Positions 10,689 through 20,439 of a stretch of 64,000 nt of DNA are shown here, one piece after another. The translations under genes and the position numbers were made by a program. Every line of letters begins with the position of its first letter. The stretch's first letter is position 1. The DNA comes from a virus (lineage: Duplodnaviria > Caudoviricetes), in the IMG/VR virus record IMGVR_UViG_3300033463_000011, positions 128,001 to 192,000 of that record; one strand, 5' to 3'. Below the pieces are notes generated by a model. It worked only from the letters and a program-made list of their open reading frames with translations. It was not told where the DNA came from and made no database searches.

Positions 10689-11003
10689 ATGAAGATATAC
10701 GCATCAAAAGTAGATTTAGCTGATCTTGATTACTATGTCGGTAAAGATTTATGGGTTAGAGTTACTTCCGCTTCAACTACTTGTTGGGCTAAATTACTAT
10801 CTAAAGGCGAAGATAGTAGAAGTGTATATTACAGATGTTTAGCAATATTTGATGGAATGCTAGATGTTGACGGTATGATTCATCTAAACGCTTCAGCATT
10901 AGCTGAATTTTACGACCATATATACATAATGTGGACAGACAACTCGTATGTAGTTCAGCCTATAGATATACTTGAAGAAGACGAAATAATCGAGAGGATA
11001 TGA
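10689..11003 (+). CDS. MKIY/GKDxW paralog 7
   Basis: MKIYAS...GKDLWVR...PIDILEEDEI. Confidence 0.85.
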   Translation: MKIYASKVDLADLDYYVGKDLWVRVTSASTTCWAKLLSKGEDSRSVYYRCLAIFDGMLDVDGMIHLNASALAEFYDHIYIMWTDNSYVVQPIDILEEDEIIERI

Positions 11004-11006
11004 TTT

Positions 11007-11351
11007 ATGAAGATATATGCATCATATTATCATGACCTAGACCAATTTGCTGGAGAAGATTTATGGGTTAAGATAGATTATCACATGGGTAGTAACTATG
11101 ATAATCAATCAATGTATGTTAAGGTCTTGCTTAGTTTTAGGGATACCGAATTCTTGTGGTACGAAGTTCAAGCCGTTGCTACAGATTGGGTAGAGTCCCC
11201 AGATTGCTATTTTGGATTAAGAGAATGTATGGAAAAAGCAAGATTAATAAAAGAAGGTGATTATAGTATATCACGCCCAATGGAATGTTATACTACAGAT
11301 GAAATGCTAGAGCTTCTTGGAGATTCTCTTGATAGAGGAATACTCGATTGA
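11007..11351 (+). CDS. MKIY/GKDxW paralog 8
   Basis: MKIYAS...GEDLWVK...PMECYTTDEM. Confidence 0.85.
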   Translation: MKIYASYYHDLDQFAGEDLWVKIDYHMGSNYDNQSMYVKVLLSFRDTEFLWYEVQAVATDWVESPDCYFGLRECMEKARLIKEGDYSISRPMECYTTDEMLELLGDSLDRGILD

Positions 11352-11360
11352 GGTAACCAT

Positions 11361-11723
11361 ATGAAAATATACGCGTCAACATCGGAAGATAGAAAGCATA
11401 AGATCTTGGAAAGCTTAGTAGGTAAAGATCTGTGGATTAAAGCAAAATTATATGAAGGTAACTTAGCAAAAAATGATTACTATGTGCATATCATTAAGAA
11501 ACTGCGCCCTCAAATTGGTTTTGATTACGAAGTTAACCGCATAATGGATAGCTCTGATCTTCCAGGATATGAAGATTCACAAGGAAGAATAACCTTAGAT
11601 GCTTTTCATAATGCCTATCTTGCACACAGTCATTGGATGAATGCATCTGATATACATCCAGTAATTCCAATTGAAGTGTACACATCAGAAGAACTATTTA
11701 TCGCCCCTGAGGAAGAACAATGA
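11361..11723 (+). CDS. MKIY/GKDxW paralog 9
   Basis: MKIYAS...GKDLWIK...PIEVYTSEELF. Confidence 0.85.
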   Translation: MKIYASTSEDRKHKILESLVGKDLWIKAKLYEGNLAKNDYYVHIIKKLRPQIGFDYEVNRIMDSSDLPGYEDSQGRITLDAFHNAYLAHSHWMNASDIHPVIPIEVYTSEELFIAPEEEQ

Positions 11724-12040
11724 AAATATACGCAAGCGATCAGAAAAATATTTTAGACAGATTGTGTGGCACAGATCATTGGATAAAAGTCGCTTACAAT
11801 AACCATATCTATCTGTTTAACATATTAGAACGATTTAAGAATATGGATGGCAGAATGATGTTAAGATGCAAAATGGTTATGTGGAATCAACTAGTTATGC
11901 CTAAAGATTACAGAAGATCAATAGATTTGATATACAAAATTGACAAATACTATTACGTATATGAAGATCTAGTAACGGTAAAAGAACCAATTGATGTGAT
12001 AACAGATGACGAATTAATTGATATGATACAAGGTACCTAA
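11720..12040 (+). CDS. MKIY/GKDxW paralog 10
   Basis: MKIYAS...GTDHWIK...PIDVITDDEL. Confidence 0.85.
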   Translation: MKIYASDQKNILDRLCGTDHWIKVAYNNHIYLFNILERFKNMDGRMMLRCKMVMWNQLVMPKDYRRSIDLIYKIDKYYYVYEDLVTVKEPIDVITDDELIDMIQGT

Positions 12041-12059
12041 AGGTACCTTTAATATTATT

Positions 12060-12371
12060 ATGAAGATATATTGTAGCACAGAATCAGAGTTTGACAAATT
12101 TGTAGGAACTGACCTTTGGGTTAGGGCAAATTATTATGGAGGAAAATACTTCATAAGGTTTCTGTCCAAAAATAATTATGCAGACGAGCGTGGATATGTT
12201 ACTAATATGGTTAGAACACTTTGCGCAGGTGATGATGGATTCATTCATTATAGTCATGAATATGAATTAGAGTATGTGCAAATGGAAAAAAGTTGGTGTA
12301 GTGCAGAAAATCTATTATTAATTAAGCCAATAGAATGCTATACAACAGATGAATTATTCATAGTAGATTAA
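12060..12371 (+). CDS. MKIY/GKDxW paralog 11
   Basis: MKIYCS...GTDLWVR...PIECYTTDELF. Confidence 0.85.
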   Translation: MKIYCSTESEFDKFVGTDLWVRANYYGGKYFIRFLSKNNYADERGYVTNMVRTLCAGDDGFIHYSHEYELEYVQMEKSWCSAENLLLIKPIECYTTDELFIVD

Positions 12372-12380
12372 GAGAATGTT

Positions 12381-12740
12381 ATGAAGATATATTGTAGTAG
12401 AGATCCAAGAAAATTACTAAAACAGTATGTAGGTAAGGACATATGGATTAAAGTCCACTTGCCTAAATCTGCTCATCACCCAGATGATCCAAATGTCCTC
12501 TATATGAGGATATTATCCGAATCGGATAAGTGCTACACAGTTAACTTACTTAATCCGATAGTTGTAGACTATAACTTCGGCATGAATATAACAGATTATG
12601 ATTTAAATAAATTCTTAAATAAAATTAGTACTGTTGACAAAGATGACATAATGTTAATTGAACCTCTAGAAGCATATTCTACAGACGAAATATTTACTGA
12701 AGTACCTGATGATTATAACTACGAGGAAGATGGAGAATAA
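12381..12740 (+). CDS. MKIY/GKDxW paralog 12
   Basis: MKIYCS...GKDIWIK...PLEAYSTDEIF. Confidence 0.85.
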   Translation: MKIYCSRDPRKLLKQYVGKDIWIKVHLPKSAHHPDDPNVLYMRILSESDKCYTVNLLNPIVVDYNFGMNITDYDLNKFLNKISTVDKDDIMLIEPLEAYSTDEIFTEVPDDYNYEEDGE

Positions 12741-12743
12741 CAT

Positions 12744-13208
12744 ATGGCAGAAACAACATCGTTATCATTTCCAAATATGTTCAACTTAATAAGTAATCAA
12801 GTATCTGTAGACGAGGACTTAAAGTCAGTTACTACTAGGTCAAGATTACTTATATTAACTGAGCCCACAGAATTATACAACAACCCTAACTTCGGTGTAG
12901 GATTAAAGCGTCATTTGTTTAAGTATAACACTGAAAATGAAAAAGCATTAATCAAAGATAGGATTGTTGCACAATTAAGATTACATGAACCCGATGTAGT
13001 TGCCGAAAAAACATCATTTACTGATGGATTATTATTCACAGGAGATTCCAGTTTACAACATGTTGATGATGCAAATGAATTAAATATGACTGTAGCAATG
13101 CTAACTACTTTCGGAAAAGAAATCTCACTTGATTTAAATCCTAAGCAACCTATAGAAGGCGAGTTAACTATAAATAGTTCGGGCTGGTCTATAACGGAGG
13201 TAGATTAA
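12744..13208 (+). CDS. Baseplate wedge protein, T4 gp25-like
   Basis: 'LLILTEPTELYNNPNFGVGLKRHLF...LRLHEP' gp25/GPW motif. Confidence 0.85.
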   Translation: MAETTSLSFPNMFNLISNQVSVDEDLKSVTTRSRLLILTEPTELYNNPNFGVGLKRHLFKYNTENEKALIKDRIVAQLRLHEPDVVAEKTSFTDGLLFTGDSSLQHVDDANELNMTVAMLTTFGKEISLDLNPKQPIEGELTINSSGWSITEVD

Positions 13209-13855
13209 TGAAGATATACGGTGGATATTCAATTAAACAAAAACAGAGTATCAATCTTATTAAGCAAGGAATTGATGATCACTTAAGCGAATTTTCTGAT
13301 TATGTTAGCTATGACATAAAAGCAGTAAAAAATGATGTAGATAATAGTTTTAATATATTATTACGCCCTAACTATTACGGCATTACTTGGAAGTATACTG
13401 TATCAATTGTACATAATTACATAGGTGAATCTCTTCATATTTTAGATAGCTATATTAATTCGAACGATACTGATAATTCTTTTGAAAAGATTAAACAATT
13501 TTCAGAATTCTTCGAGTACATAAATAATGTGGGCTGGAGAAGCATACTTTCAAATTATTTTACTTACTTAAATAAAGATCTAAACAATACAATAAAATAT
13601 TTGAAGAGAATTGAGGGAAAAGACTTGTGGGTTAAATGTAACTGTCTATGTTATAACGATGACTACGGCAGATATTCTTGGACTTCCGGTGGGTATGTTA
13701 AAATTTTACGTATAGAAGACGATGTAATAGAATATAATTACAAAACACTATATGGATCAGATGGCAGCGGATCATGCAATATTTATGATATACAATTATC
13801 TAGTCCTTTAGAGGTATTAAGTACAGAAGAGTTGTTAGATACAGATGCTACATAA
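13208..13855 (+). CDS. MKIY/GKDxW paralog 13 (extra N-terminal domain)
   Basis: MKIYGG; C-terminal GKDLWVK...PLEVLSTEEL. Confidence 0.8.
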   Translation: MKIYGGYSIKQKQSINLIKQGIDDHLSEFSDYVSYDIKAVKNDVDNSFNILLRPNYYGITWKYTVSIVHNYIGESLHILDSYINSNDTDNSFEKIKQFSEFFEYINNVGWRSILSNYFTYLNKDLNNTIKYLKRIEGKDLWVKCNCLCYNDDYGRYSWTSGGYVKILRIEDDVIEYNYKTLYGSDGSGSCNIYDIQLSSPLEVLSTEELLDTDAT

Positions 13856-13884
13856 GACATAAAATAATAAGCAGGAGGTCACTA

Positions 13885-14625
13885 ATGAGAATATATTCAT
13901 CAAAAACATCAGAAAAACTTGCAAAATTATCCGAGCTTAAAAGTTCTCAAAGTGAAATCAACAAAGCAAAACGCGCATTGAATAGAAAGATTAATGAAGT
14001 AAAGAAGCGAATTGACGCAGAATTTAAAGAAGAGGCCGCAATACTTCATACTGATTCTTTACTTAAAGTTAAAAATGAAAAATACGGGTTTGTTTTAAGA
14101 TTTTCTTCTACTTACGGAGTAAGGTGGTATGTAGATGTAGATGCAGATTCAATTAAGTCGCATATATTCAAAGAAGATAACATAATAGAATGCGGAGATA
14201 TATTTATTACAATTGGAAATATATTAAATAAAATATATAATAATTCGTTTGAAGATGAAATACTGGAGTTAAATACGCTAGACGACGAATATAAGCAATT
14301 GCAATCAGATGCTTTATATTTCAAATCGGGAATATCCGCTCTTGAGTTAGAAAAATTTGTTGGTAGAGATATATGGGTCGAAGCAAATATTAAACATCTC
14401 ACTAATTATTCAGTCCCACAACATGCATTCATAAAGATAAAAGATATAAAATCAGATAATAAGGTGGCGATTAGTTGGAAATTTGCTCATACTAATCGAG
14501 ACGGTACAATATATATTTCAGGATATGGTAGAGATGATGGATTAACAGATGCATATAACATATCATTAGTACAGCCTATAAATACATTAACAGATGAAGA
14601 AATGAATGAATTAATAAATTTGTAA
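13885..14625 (+). CDS. MKIY/GKDxW paralog 14 (extra coiled-coil N-terminal domain)
   Basis: MRIYSS; C-terminal GRDIWVE...PINTLTDEEM. Confidence 0.8.
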   Translation: MRIYSSKTSEKLAKLSELKSSQSEINKAKRALNRKINEVKKRIDAEFKEEAAILHTDSLLKVKNEKYGFVLRFSSTYGVRWYVDVDADSIKSHIFKEDNIIECGDIFITIGNILNKIYNNSFEDEILELNTLDDEYKQLQSDALYFKSGISALELEKFVGRDIWVEANIKHLTNYSVPQHAFIKIKDIKSDNKVAISWKFAHTNRDGTIYISGYGRDDGLTDAYNISLVQPINTLTDEEMNELINL

Positions 14626-14626
14626 T

Positions 14627-14929
14627 ATGAAGATATATGCTACAACAAATCAATATGATCTATCTCGATACTCGGGCAGAGATGTATATGTGTATGCTTG
14701 CGTGCAGGGAGTAAAGGTATCTTGGTATAAATGGACTAAAATAATAGATATTCACGGAGATGTTGCAAGTGTTATATTCTGGGACTATCCAGAATCCAAA
14801 CAGGTGTTTAATATTCCTCTAGAGTCAATTAGTATAGATACAGAGTTTCCTGTTGAGGTTATGACTTATAATGAGATACTAGATGAAAAATTAGACAATG
14901 CTAGAAGAAGATTAGCAGGAGAGAATTAA
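14627..14929 (+). CDS. MKIY/GKDxW paralog 15
   Basis: MKIYAT...GRDVYV...PVEVMTYNEI. Confidence 0.85.
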   Translation: MKIYATTNQYDLSRYSGRDVYVYACVQGVKVSWYKWTKIIDIHGDVASVIFWDYPESKQVFNIPLESISIDTEFPVEVMTYNEILDEKLDNARRRLAGEN

Positions 14930-14930
14930 G

Positions 14931-15245
14931 TTGAAGATATATTGCAAGGAACAATTACATGAATCAAATCCTTATAAATATATAGGAAGAGATGTATGGA
15001 TCCATGTTTTGTATGGCGCTGATTATGCTTGGGTCAAATTCAAAGATAGCGGTAAAGACGAAAACGGATACTACTTCATTGTTGATTATGTAGACGACCA
15101 ATGGTTAGAAAACCCAGAATGTAATATAGAAATTGAAATGGATCATGATGCTAAATGGTATACACACCACATGTGCATATCTAATCCTGTGGAAATATTA
15201 ACAACGGAAGAACTTTTAGCTAGAGATTATGATGCATACATTTGA
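14931..15245 (+). CDS. MKIY/GKDxW paralog 16 (TTG start)
   Basis: MKIYC...GRDVWI...PVEILTTEEL. Confidence 0.85.
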   Translation: MKIYCKEQLHESNPYKYIGRDVWIHVLYGADYAWVKFKDSGKDENGYYFIVDYVDDQWLENPECNIEIEMDHDAKWYTHHMCISNPVEILTTEELLARDYDAYI

Positions 15246-15269
15246 AGAAGCAACAATAGGTAATACTAT

Positions 15270-15647
15270 ATGAAGATATATTGTAGCACTAACAAAAGTA
15301 TATTTGAGAAACTTGCAGGTAAAGATATGTGGGTTAAAGGAACTGCATCTCGTGATGCTGCAGGTATAGTTAGCACATTAACTATATCCGTTTGGTTTAA
15401 GATACTTTACGCAGATAGTATTATATGCCGTTTTAATATAGTTAATCCTTTAGTTATGTCAAATTCAGCTATACTTGAATGCTATATTGACGATACATAT
15501 ACAATGCATACAACAGATAAAGATAGTTCTATGACTTATACAATAAACTATCCTTTAGACACTCTTACAGATGAAGAATTCAAAGAGATAAAGCAACAAG
15601 ACAACTGGACAGCAATTTTGTTTAAAGAGTATTCTGGAGAAGCCTGA
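15270..15647 (+). CDS. MKIY/GKDxW paralog 17
   Basis: MKIYCS...GKDMWVK...PLDTLTDEEF. Confidence 0.85.
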   Translation: MKIYCSTNKSIFEKLAGKDMWVKGTASRDAAGIVSTLTISVWFKILYADSIICRFNIVNPLVMSNSAILECYIDDTYTMHTTDKDSSMTYTINYPLDTLTDEEFKEIKQQDNWTAILFKEYSGEA

Positions 15648-15967
15648 TGAAGATATATTGTAGTAACAATTCAAACGAACTCGACAAATTTATCGGCAAA
15701 GATATCTGGGTTAAGGTATATGACAAATATGTCGAGTGTTTTAAATACATACGAATTGTATCATCAAATAGCACTTCATACAGCTATAATCAATTATTTG
15801 CATCAAGTCTAGAAAATCCTTATGGTGATGTTATGTTTACCGGAGGCGGTAATCGCCTTTTAGGATACTTTACAAATAATGTTTATCAAGACTACAAAAG
15901 TACTTTAGAAATAGTGCATCCTGTAACTTGTTATACCACTTCTGAAATATTTCCGGAGGAAGATTAA
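15647..15967 (+). CDS. MKIY/GKDxW paralog 18
   Basis: MKIYCS...GKDIWVK...PVTCYTTSEIF. Confidence 0.85.
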   Translation: MKIYCSNNSNELDKFIGKDIWVKVYDKYVECFKYIRIVSSNSTSYSYNQLFASSLENPYGDVMFTGGGNRLLGYFTNNVYQDYKSTLEIVHPVTCYTTSEIFPEED

Positions 15968-16297
15968 ATGAAAATATACGCAAGTAAAAGATATCATTAT
16001 TATGAAGATATATTAGACGATATCTGCGGAAAAGATTTATGGGTATTTATACGATATAATTCATCTACTGTTTATGCACGTGGTGGATACTACCCTCAAA
16101 ATTATTGGGTACAAGTTGTACGCAAAGACAATGATAACTATATTGTAAAAATGATAAATGACAATACTTATGGATTTGACACTTTAGATGACATAGAACC
16201 TAATAAACTCAACACATTCAGAATTTTAGACATATATGAACCGTTAGAGTTGTTATCAACAGAAGAATTGATTGAAGATAAGGAATTAGATGAATGA
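15968..16297 (+). CDS. MKIY/GKDxW paralog 19
   Basis: MKIYAS...GKDLWV...PLELLSTEEL. Confidence 0.85.
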   Translation: MKIYASKRYHYYEDILDDICGKDLWVFIRYNSSTVYARGGYYPQNYWVQVVRKDNDNYIVKMINDNTYGFDTLDDIEPNKLNTFRILDIYEPLELLSTEELIEDKELDE

Positions 16298-16635
16298 AAA
16301 TATATTGTAGTAGCCAGAAACAGCTCAACAGATATGCAGGTAGAGATTTATGGTTTCATGGTAATATAAATAATCATGTAGCTAAAAATGGAGTTACTAC
16401 TTGGGTTAGAGTTTTAGATAAAGTGCCTTCGCAATATATTGATACTTATAAAGTTCAGTGTGTTCCTGATTTTCTTATTGAAGATGAATATTATTTTGAC
16501 ACTGAAAGAATTGTTGGTTGGCTGCAGGATATACGTAATGTGTCTTATGACAAGATTTACATAAGTGATGAAGCATTAACTTCCGAAGAATTGTTTGGAG
16601 ATAACTTATGGGAAGTTGAGGAGTGGATAAAATGA
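16294..16635 (+). CDS. MKIY/GKDxW paralog 20
   Basis: MKIYCS...GRDLWF...EALTSEELF. Confidence 0.85.
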   Translation: MKIYCSSQKQLNRYAGRDLWFHGNINNHVAKNGVTTWVRVLDKVPSQYIDTYKVQCVPDFLIEDEYYFDTERIVGWLQDIRNVSYDKIYISDEALTSEELFGDNLWEVEEWIK

Positions 16636-16979
16636 AAATATATTGTTCAAAAAATAATCCTACTATAGACGATTTCATCGGCAAAGATGTTTGGGTAAAA
16701 TGTTATAGGTCTGATAGATATGATTTCAAGAGATTAGTTTATGTTAATCTCTACGATAAACTTGGCGAAGATCAGTACTACGGAAAAAATATATCGGCTA
16801 ATGTTATAGATGATATGCGCACGGTATTTGATCAATACATGGATGTTAGCGGAAGAGACGATGTGAGAGATTTTGTTGAAGGTGAACCTTGGGAGTTTCC
16901 TGCAAAGTTGGAATTATTCAAACCAGTAGAAATAATTACACATGATGAATTAATTGATATGCTAGGTGATGAGGAATGA
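16632..16979 (+). CDS. MKIY/GKDxW paralog 21
   Basis: Start placed at the ATGA overlap (16632); MKIYCS...GKDVWVK...PVEIITHDEL. Confidence 0.85.
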   Translation: MKIYCSKNNPTIDDFIGKDVWVKCYRSDRYDFKRLVYVNLYDKLGEDQYYGKNISANVIDDMRTVFDQYMDVSGRDDVRDFVEGEPWEFPAKLELFKPVEIITHDELIDMLGDEE

Positions 16980-17305
16980 AAATATACGGATTTACAATAA
17001 ATAAGAAGCTAGATAGATTTGTAGGTAGAGATGTTTGGGTTAAAGTTTATCAAGACGCCGCTCCTGTTGTTACTGCACCTATTCTCTATATAAGAATTTT
17101 ATCCAGAGAAGGAAACAAACTTACACTAAACACACTGAATCCAGATATCGTTGAAAATAGCAGACACTGTAGAGATTTACGAATTATTTTTGAAAATATA
17201 GTAACTTGGCCTCAAGAAAGAATTTTACTAATAGAACCAGTTGAAGCATTAACAACAGAAGAACTAAAAGAGATAAACGAAGGAAATACAGATATAGTCG
17301 ATTGA
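16976..17305 (+). CDS. MKIY/GKDxW paralog 22
   Basis: MKIYG...GRDVWVK...PVEALTTEEL. Confidence 0.85.
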   Translation: MKIYGFTINKKLDRFVGRDVWVKVYQDAAPVVTAPILYIRILSREGNKLTLNTLNPDIVENSRHCRDLRIIFENIVTWPQERILLIEPVEALTTEELKEINEGNTDIVD

Positions 17306-17306
17306 G

Positions 17307-17333
17307 AAGGTTTACAAAATGTAAACCTTTTTT
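17307..17333 (+). terminator. Intrinsic terminator overlapping an AACCTTT promoter-like motif
   Basis: AAGGTTTACA-aaa-TGTAAACCTT followed by a T run. Confidence 0.65.
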
Positions 17334-17370
17334 ACTATATATGATATCATAAAATACATAGGAGAATATT

Positions 17371-19263
17371 ATGGCAGATTCAAACCGTGGTCTGATTAAT
17401 TACGCTTCCCGAGATTATAATGCAATAATGGAGGAGTTTTGGGCATTAGTTCCAAAGCTCACTAATTTGTGGAAGCCAGAAGCAGACGCAGATCCTGGAG
17501 TGGTTTTAGGTAAGATATTGGCCTCAGCTGCAGATATGCTAGGAGTAAATGTTGATTACTTGGCCAACGAACTTTTTGCACCTTCAGTAGTTCAAAGGAA
17601 AGATGCAGAGAAAATATTTAGACTTATCGGATATGATTTAGGCTTTTATACTGCTGCAAGAACTGAAGTAACAATAACTAATAACACTTCAGATACAATG
17701 AATCTCGATTTTGGATTCAATGGAGCAAATTTTTGCACATTAAATGCTTATACCGACATTACTAACACTTCTCGAGTTATAACATATAACATATTGCCGA
17801 TGACAAATAGTTACGGTAACAATGAAAGCAGAAGTAGACGAAGTGTCCTTACGGATTATGTTGATGTGTTTGCAGAGTATGATACTGTTGCTTTAGAATC
17901 AGGTAAATCTGTAACTCGTGTAGCAATTGAAGGAGATTTAAGAAGCTATTCAATCGCTGTAGATGAGGTTGTTAAAAATAATTACATTATAACATTACCT
18001 TCTCAACACGTAGATACAACAGCTGTTTGGGTTAAGGGCAAAACATCTTCAGCAGCTACTTCATTCGATAAAACACAATGGATTCAGGTGTCTAATGTTG
18101 CAGAATTTAATACTGCAGAACCTAGATATTGCGTTACCTATGATAACTATTCTAATGCACAAATTACTATTTCTAATTATCTTAATCAGCTATCTAATTA
18201 CAGTGGATATGTATTAACTATTTTCTGGATTGATTGTTCTGGAGTAATTGGTTGCGTAGGTACTGATGTATTAGAAAATTTAGTTTTTGCTAAAACAACA
18301 AACAATCCTGAATATGCATCGGGAGAAATATTAGTATCTAATTTATCCAATACATTAGAGCTCCCACACACTTACACAGTAACTGGTAGGTCTCCAGAAA
18401 CAGCAAAAGAAGCCTACTATAATAGCAGAAATTATATCAACACTTGGGATAGTCTTGTAACACTTCCTGACTACACAAGATTCTTAAGAAGAGAAGCTGG
18501 AGTAGATTGTGGAGTAGTTATTGATTGTCAAAAAGCTGTTGAAATCAATTTAGCAATATATAAAGACGACAATTTAACAGATACACAGAAGAAGAAAATG
18601 TATATCACCAATAAGGACTTTGTACAAGGTTCATTAAGTGATGTTGATTGGGGCAAAGTTTTGAATTTGGATTTCAATCCTTCTGACCCAACTAAATTTG
18701 TTTTCTCAACTAATTTCAAGCCCTATACAGCAATGTGCTTTGCTATTCATAATGATTTCAAAGACGATGTGTGGGGACAAGGGCAAATTGATACCGCTCA
18801 AATTTCTAACACAACAAGTTTCGTTAGATATAGACCTCCGCAAATGTTTATTGATAATGTAATCGCAGATTATAAGCCTTTACAAGCAATGTCTGTTGAA
18901 GTGCAATTTGGTTCTTGCAGAGTATTTGACTTCTATGTAATCGGACAAATTTACACAACAAGACCCGTAACAGAAGATATTGCTAAGATAATATTAAGCA
19001 AAGCAAAAGAAGCATTGGCGCTTCATTTTGCTCCTGCTAATTCTGCATTCAACAAGAAGCCGACCGTTATGGAAGTTGTAGATGTAATTCAAGGCTGCGA
19101 TGAAAGAGTTAGATATTTTGACGCAGGTTCACCTTCAAATCCTGTAATTAAATGGCACGGTTGCGATATAGATTGCTTTAATTATATCTCGTTTGCTCGA
19201 CTGAATTTTCCTGAAAATGCTACAAATGCTTTGAGGATAGCTCCCGAATGCTTAATAAAGTGA
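17371..19263 (+). CDS. Baseplate wedge subunit, T4 gp6/P2 gpJ-like
   Basis: 'NYASRDYNAI...W...ADPGVVL...LIGY' and 'TGRSPET...SLVTLPDY' motifs. Confidence 0.85.
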   Translation: MADSNRGLINYASRDYNAIMEEFWALVPKLTNLWKPEADADPGVVLGKILASAADMLGVNVDYLANELFAPSVVQRKDAEKIFRLIGYDLGFYTAARTEVTITNNTSDTMNLDFGFNGANFCTLNAYTDITNTSRVITYNILPMTNSYGNNESRSRRSVLTDYVDVFAEYDTVALESGKSVTRVAIEGDLRSYSIAVDEVVKNNYIITLPSQHVDTTAVWVKGKTSSAATSFDKTQWIQVSNVAEFNTAEPRYCVTYDNYSNAQITISNYLNQLSNYSGYVLTIFWIDCSGVIGCVGTDVLENLVFAKTTNNPEYASGEILVSNLSNTLELPHTYTVTGRSPETAKEAYYNSRNYINTWDSLVTLPDYTRFLRREAGVDCGVVIDCQKAVEINLAIYKDDNLTDTQKKKMYITNKDFVQGSLSDVDWGKVLNLDFNPSDPTKFVFSTNFKPYTAMCFAIHNDFKDDVWGQGQIDTAQISNTTSFVRYRPPQMFIDNVIADYKPLQAMSVEVQFGSCRVFDFYVIGQIYTTRPVTEDIAKIILSKAKEALALHFAPANSAFNKKPTVMEVVDVIQGCDERVRYFDAGSPSNPVIKWHGCDIDCFNYISFARLNFPENATNALRIAPECLIK

Positions 19264-19454
19264 TACGTGAAGAAGAGATTAGGGCTAGAGAATTAGCCTC
19301 TAAAGTACTTGGAGACGAAGCAGAATCTCATGGAATTTGGAGGTTCATTCGTATCAAGATAGAAGATGACCCTAAGTATTCGAATCAATTGGAGTTATTT
19401 GCAATTTTAGATAAATATTTAACCTTAGGTTATATTAAAGGAAAGATAAAATGA
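19260..19454 (+). CDS. Small hypothetical protein
   Basis: GTGA-coupled short ORF. Confidence 0.5.
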   Translation: MIREEEIRARELASKVLGDEAESHGIWRFIRIKIEDDPKYSNQLELFAILDKYLTLGYIKGKIK

Positions 19455-19822
19455 GGAGAAATATCATTAAGGTGTTTAATCAGATGAGTAATTTAATCAG
19501 TTTTATACAATTAAAGAACTTTAGCAAATATCTAGATTCAAATTACTGGATTCTTGCACATGAAACATTATCTCAAAATACTCTGTATATAAGGCCATTG
19601 TATATGTCCAGAGGTAAGTTATATTATAATTGTATTGGGCAAGGTTGGTTGGATCCGGAGGCACATCCATCTGATAGGCCATTTTCTGATAAATACTTGT
19701 TAGAGCATGTTAAAAACACATATCTTATGGATATAAAAATATTTCAGCCGCTTGATATATTTACAACCGATGAAATATTAGATTTTCTTAAAGATGTTCC
19801 TGTTACAGAAGGCGGTGTATAA
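19451..19822 (+). CDS. GKDxW paralog 23 (divergent)
   Basis: KYLDSNYWI...LYIR...QPLDIFTTDEI. Confidence 0.7.
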   Translation: MRRNIIKVFNQMSNLISFIQLKNFSKYLDSNYWILAHETLSQNTLYIRPLYMSRGKLYYNCIGQGWLDPEAHPSDRPFSDKYLLEHVKNTYLMDIKIFQPLDIFTTDEILDFLKDVPVTEGGV

Positions 19823-20092
19823 ATGAAAATATACGCAACCGGAGTTCATAATGATATACTAAACAAAATAGTTGGTAAAGAATTATGGATAGAGGGTTCT
19901 TTAGAGCCCGATGACGAACCTGTGTATACATGGATACAGATAGCCGAAATAGATACATATGATGAGTCTTGTTATATTCATTTCGTAGATAATTGCATAA
20001 TCCGCTGTTTTTGGTGCCCAATTAATAATATTTCACTCAAATTTCCATATAATATCATAACAACTGACGAATTATCTGAATTGACATTATGA
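19823..20092 (+). CDS. MKIY/GKDxW paralog 24
   Basis: MKIYAT...GKELWIE...PYNIITTDEL. Confidence 0.85.
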   Translation: MKIYATGVHNDILNKIVGKELWIEGSLEPDDEPVYTWIQIAEIDTYDESCYIHFVDNCIIRCFWCPINNISLKFPYNIITTDELSELTL

Positions 20093-20439
20093 AAATATAC
20101 GCTAACAATTCAATCAAATCAATTTTAGACAAATTTATCGGCAAAGATTTGTGGATAAGAGTTCAGTTATGCGATCATATACCATATAGCATGTATTGGA
20201 TAATTATATTAGATAAATTTGAAAATCTTGACGGAACTTATTCTTATCATATAATGAAAGCACCTTCAACAGATAAAATTTTTGACGACTATTCATACAA
20301 CACGCTTTCTAGAAAAATACGTAGCCGAATAGCAGAAAGAGATTCTGATTTTGTTTTTGACATTAGTTGTGATAAAATTAGATTGACTAAGCCTCTTGAT
20401 GTAGCAACAACTGAAGAATTGTTTGGAGAACAAGAATGA
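20089..20439 (+). CDS. MKIY/GKDxW paralog 25
   Basis: MKIYAN...GKDLWIR...PLDVATTEELF. Confidence 0.85.
   Translation: MKIYANNSIKSILDKFIGKDLWIRVQLCDHIPYSMYWIIILDKFENLDGTYSYHIMKAPSTDKIFDDYSYNTLSRKIRSRIAERDSDFVFDISCDKIRLTKPLDVATTEELFGEQE

Noticed and set aside
12030-12050. AAGGTACCT-AA-AGGTACCTT palindromic duplication inside the array
   Set aside because: Single short occurrence; it could be a weak terminator or degenerate late motif but cannot be supported.
8568-20439. Paralog array as a CRISPR array, DGR target set or integron cassette array
   Set aside because: No identical DNA repeats, no reverse transcriptase or template/variable repeat pair, and no attC-like spacers; the genes are directly coupled.
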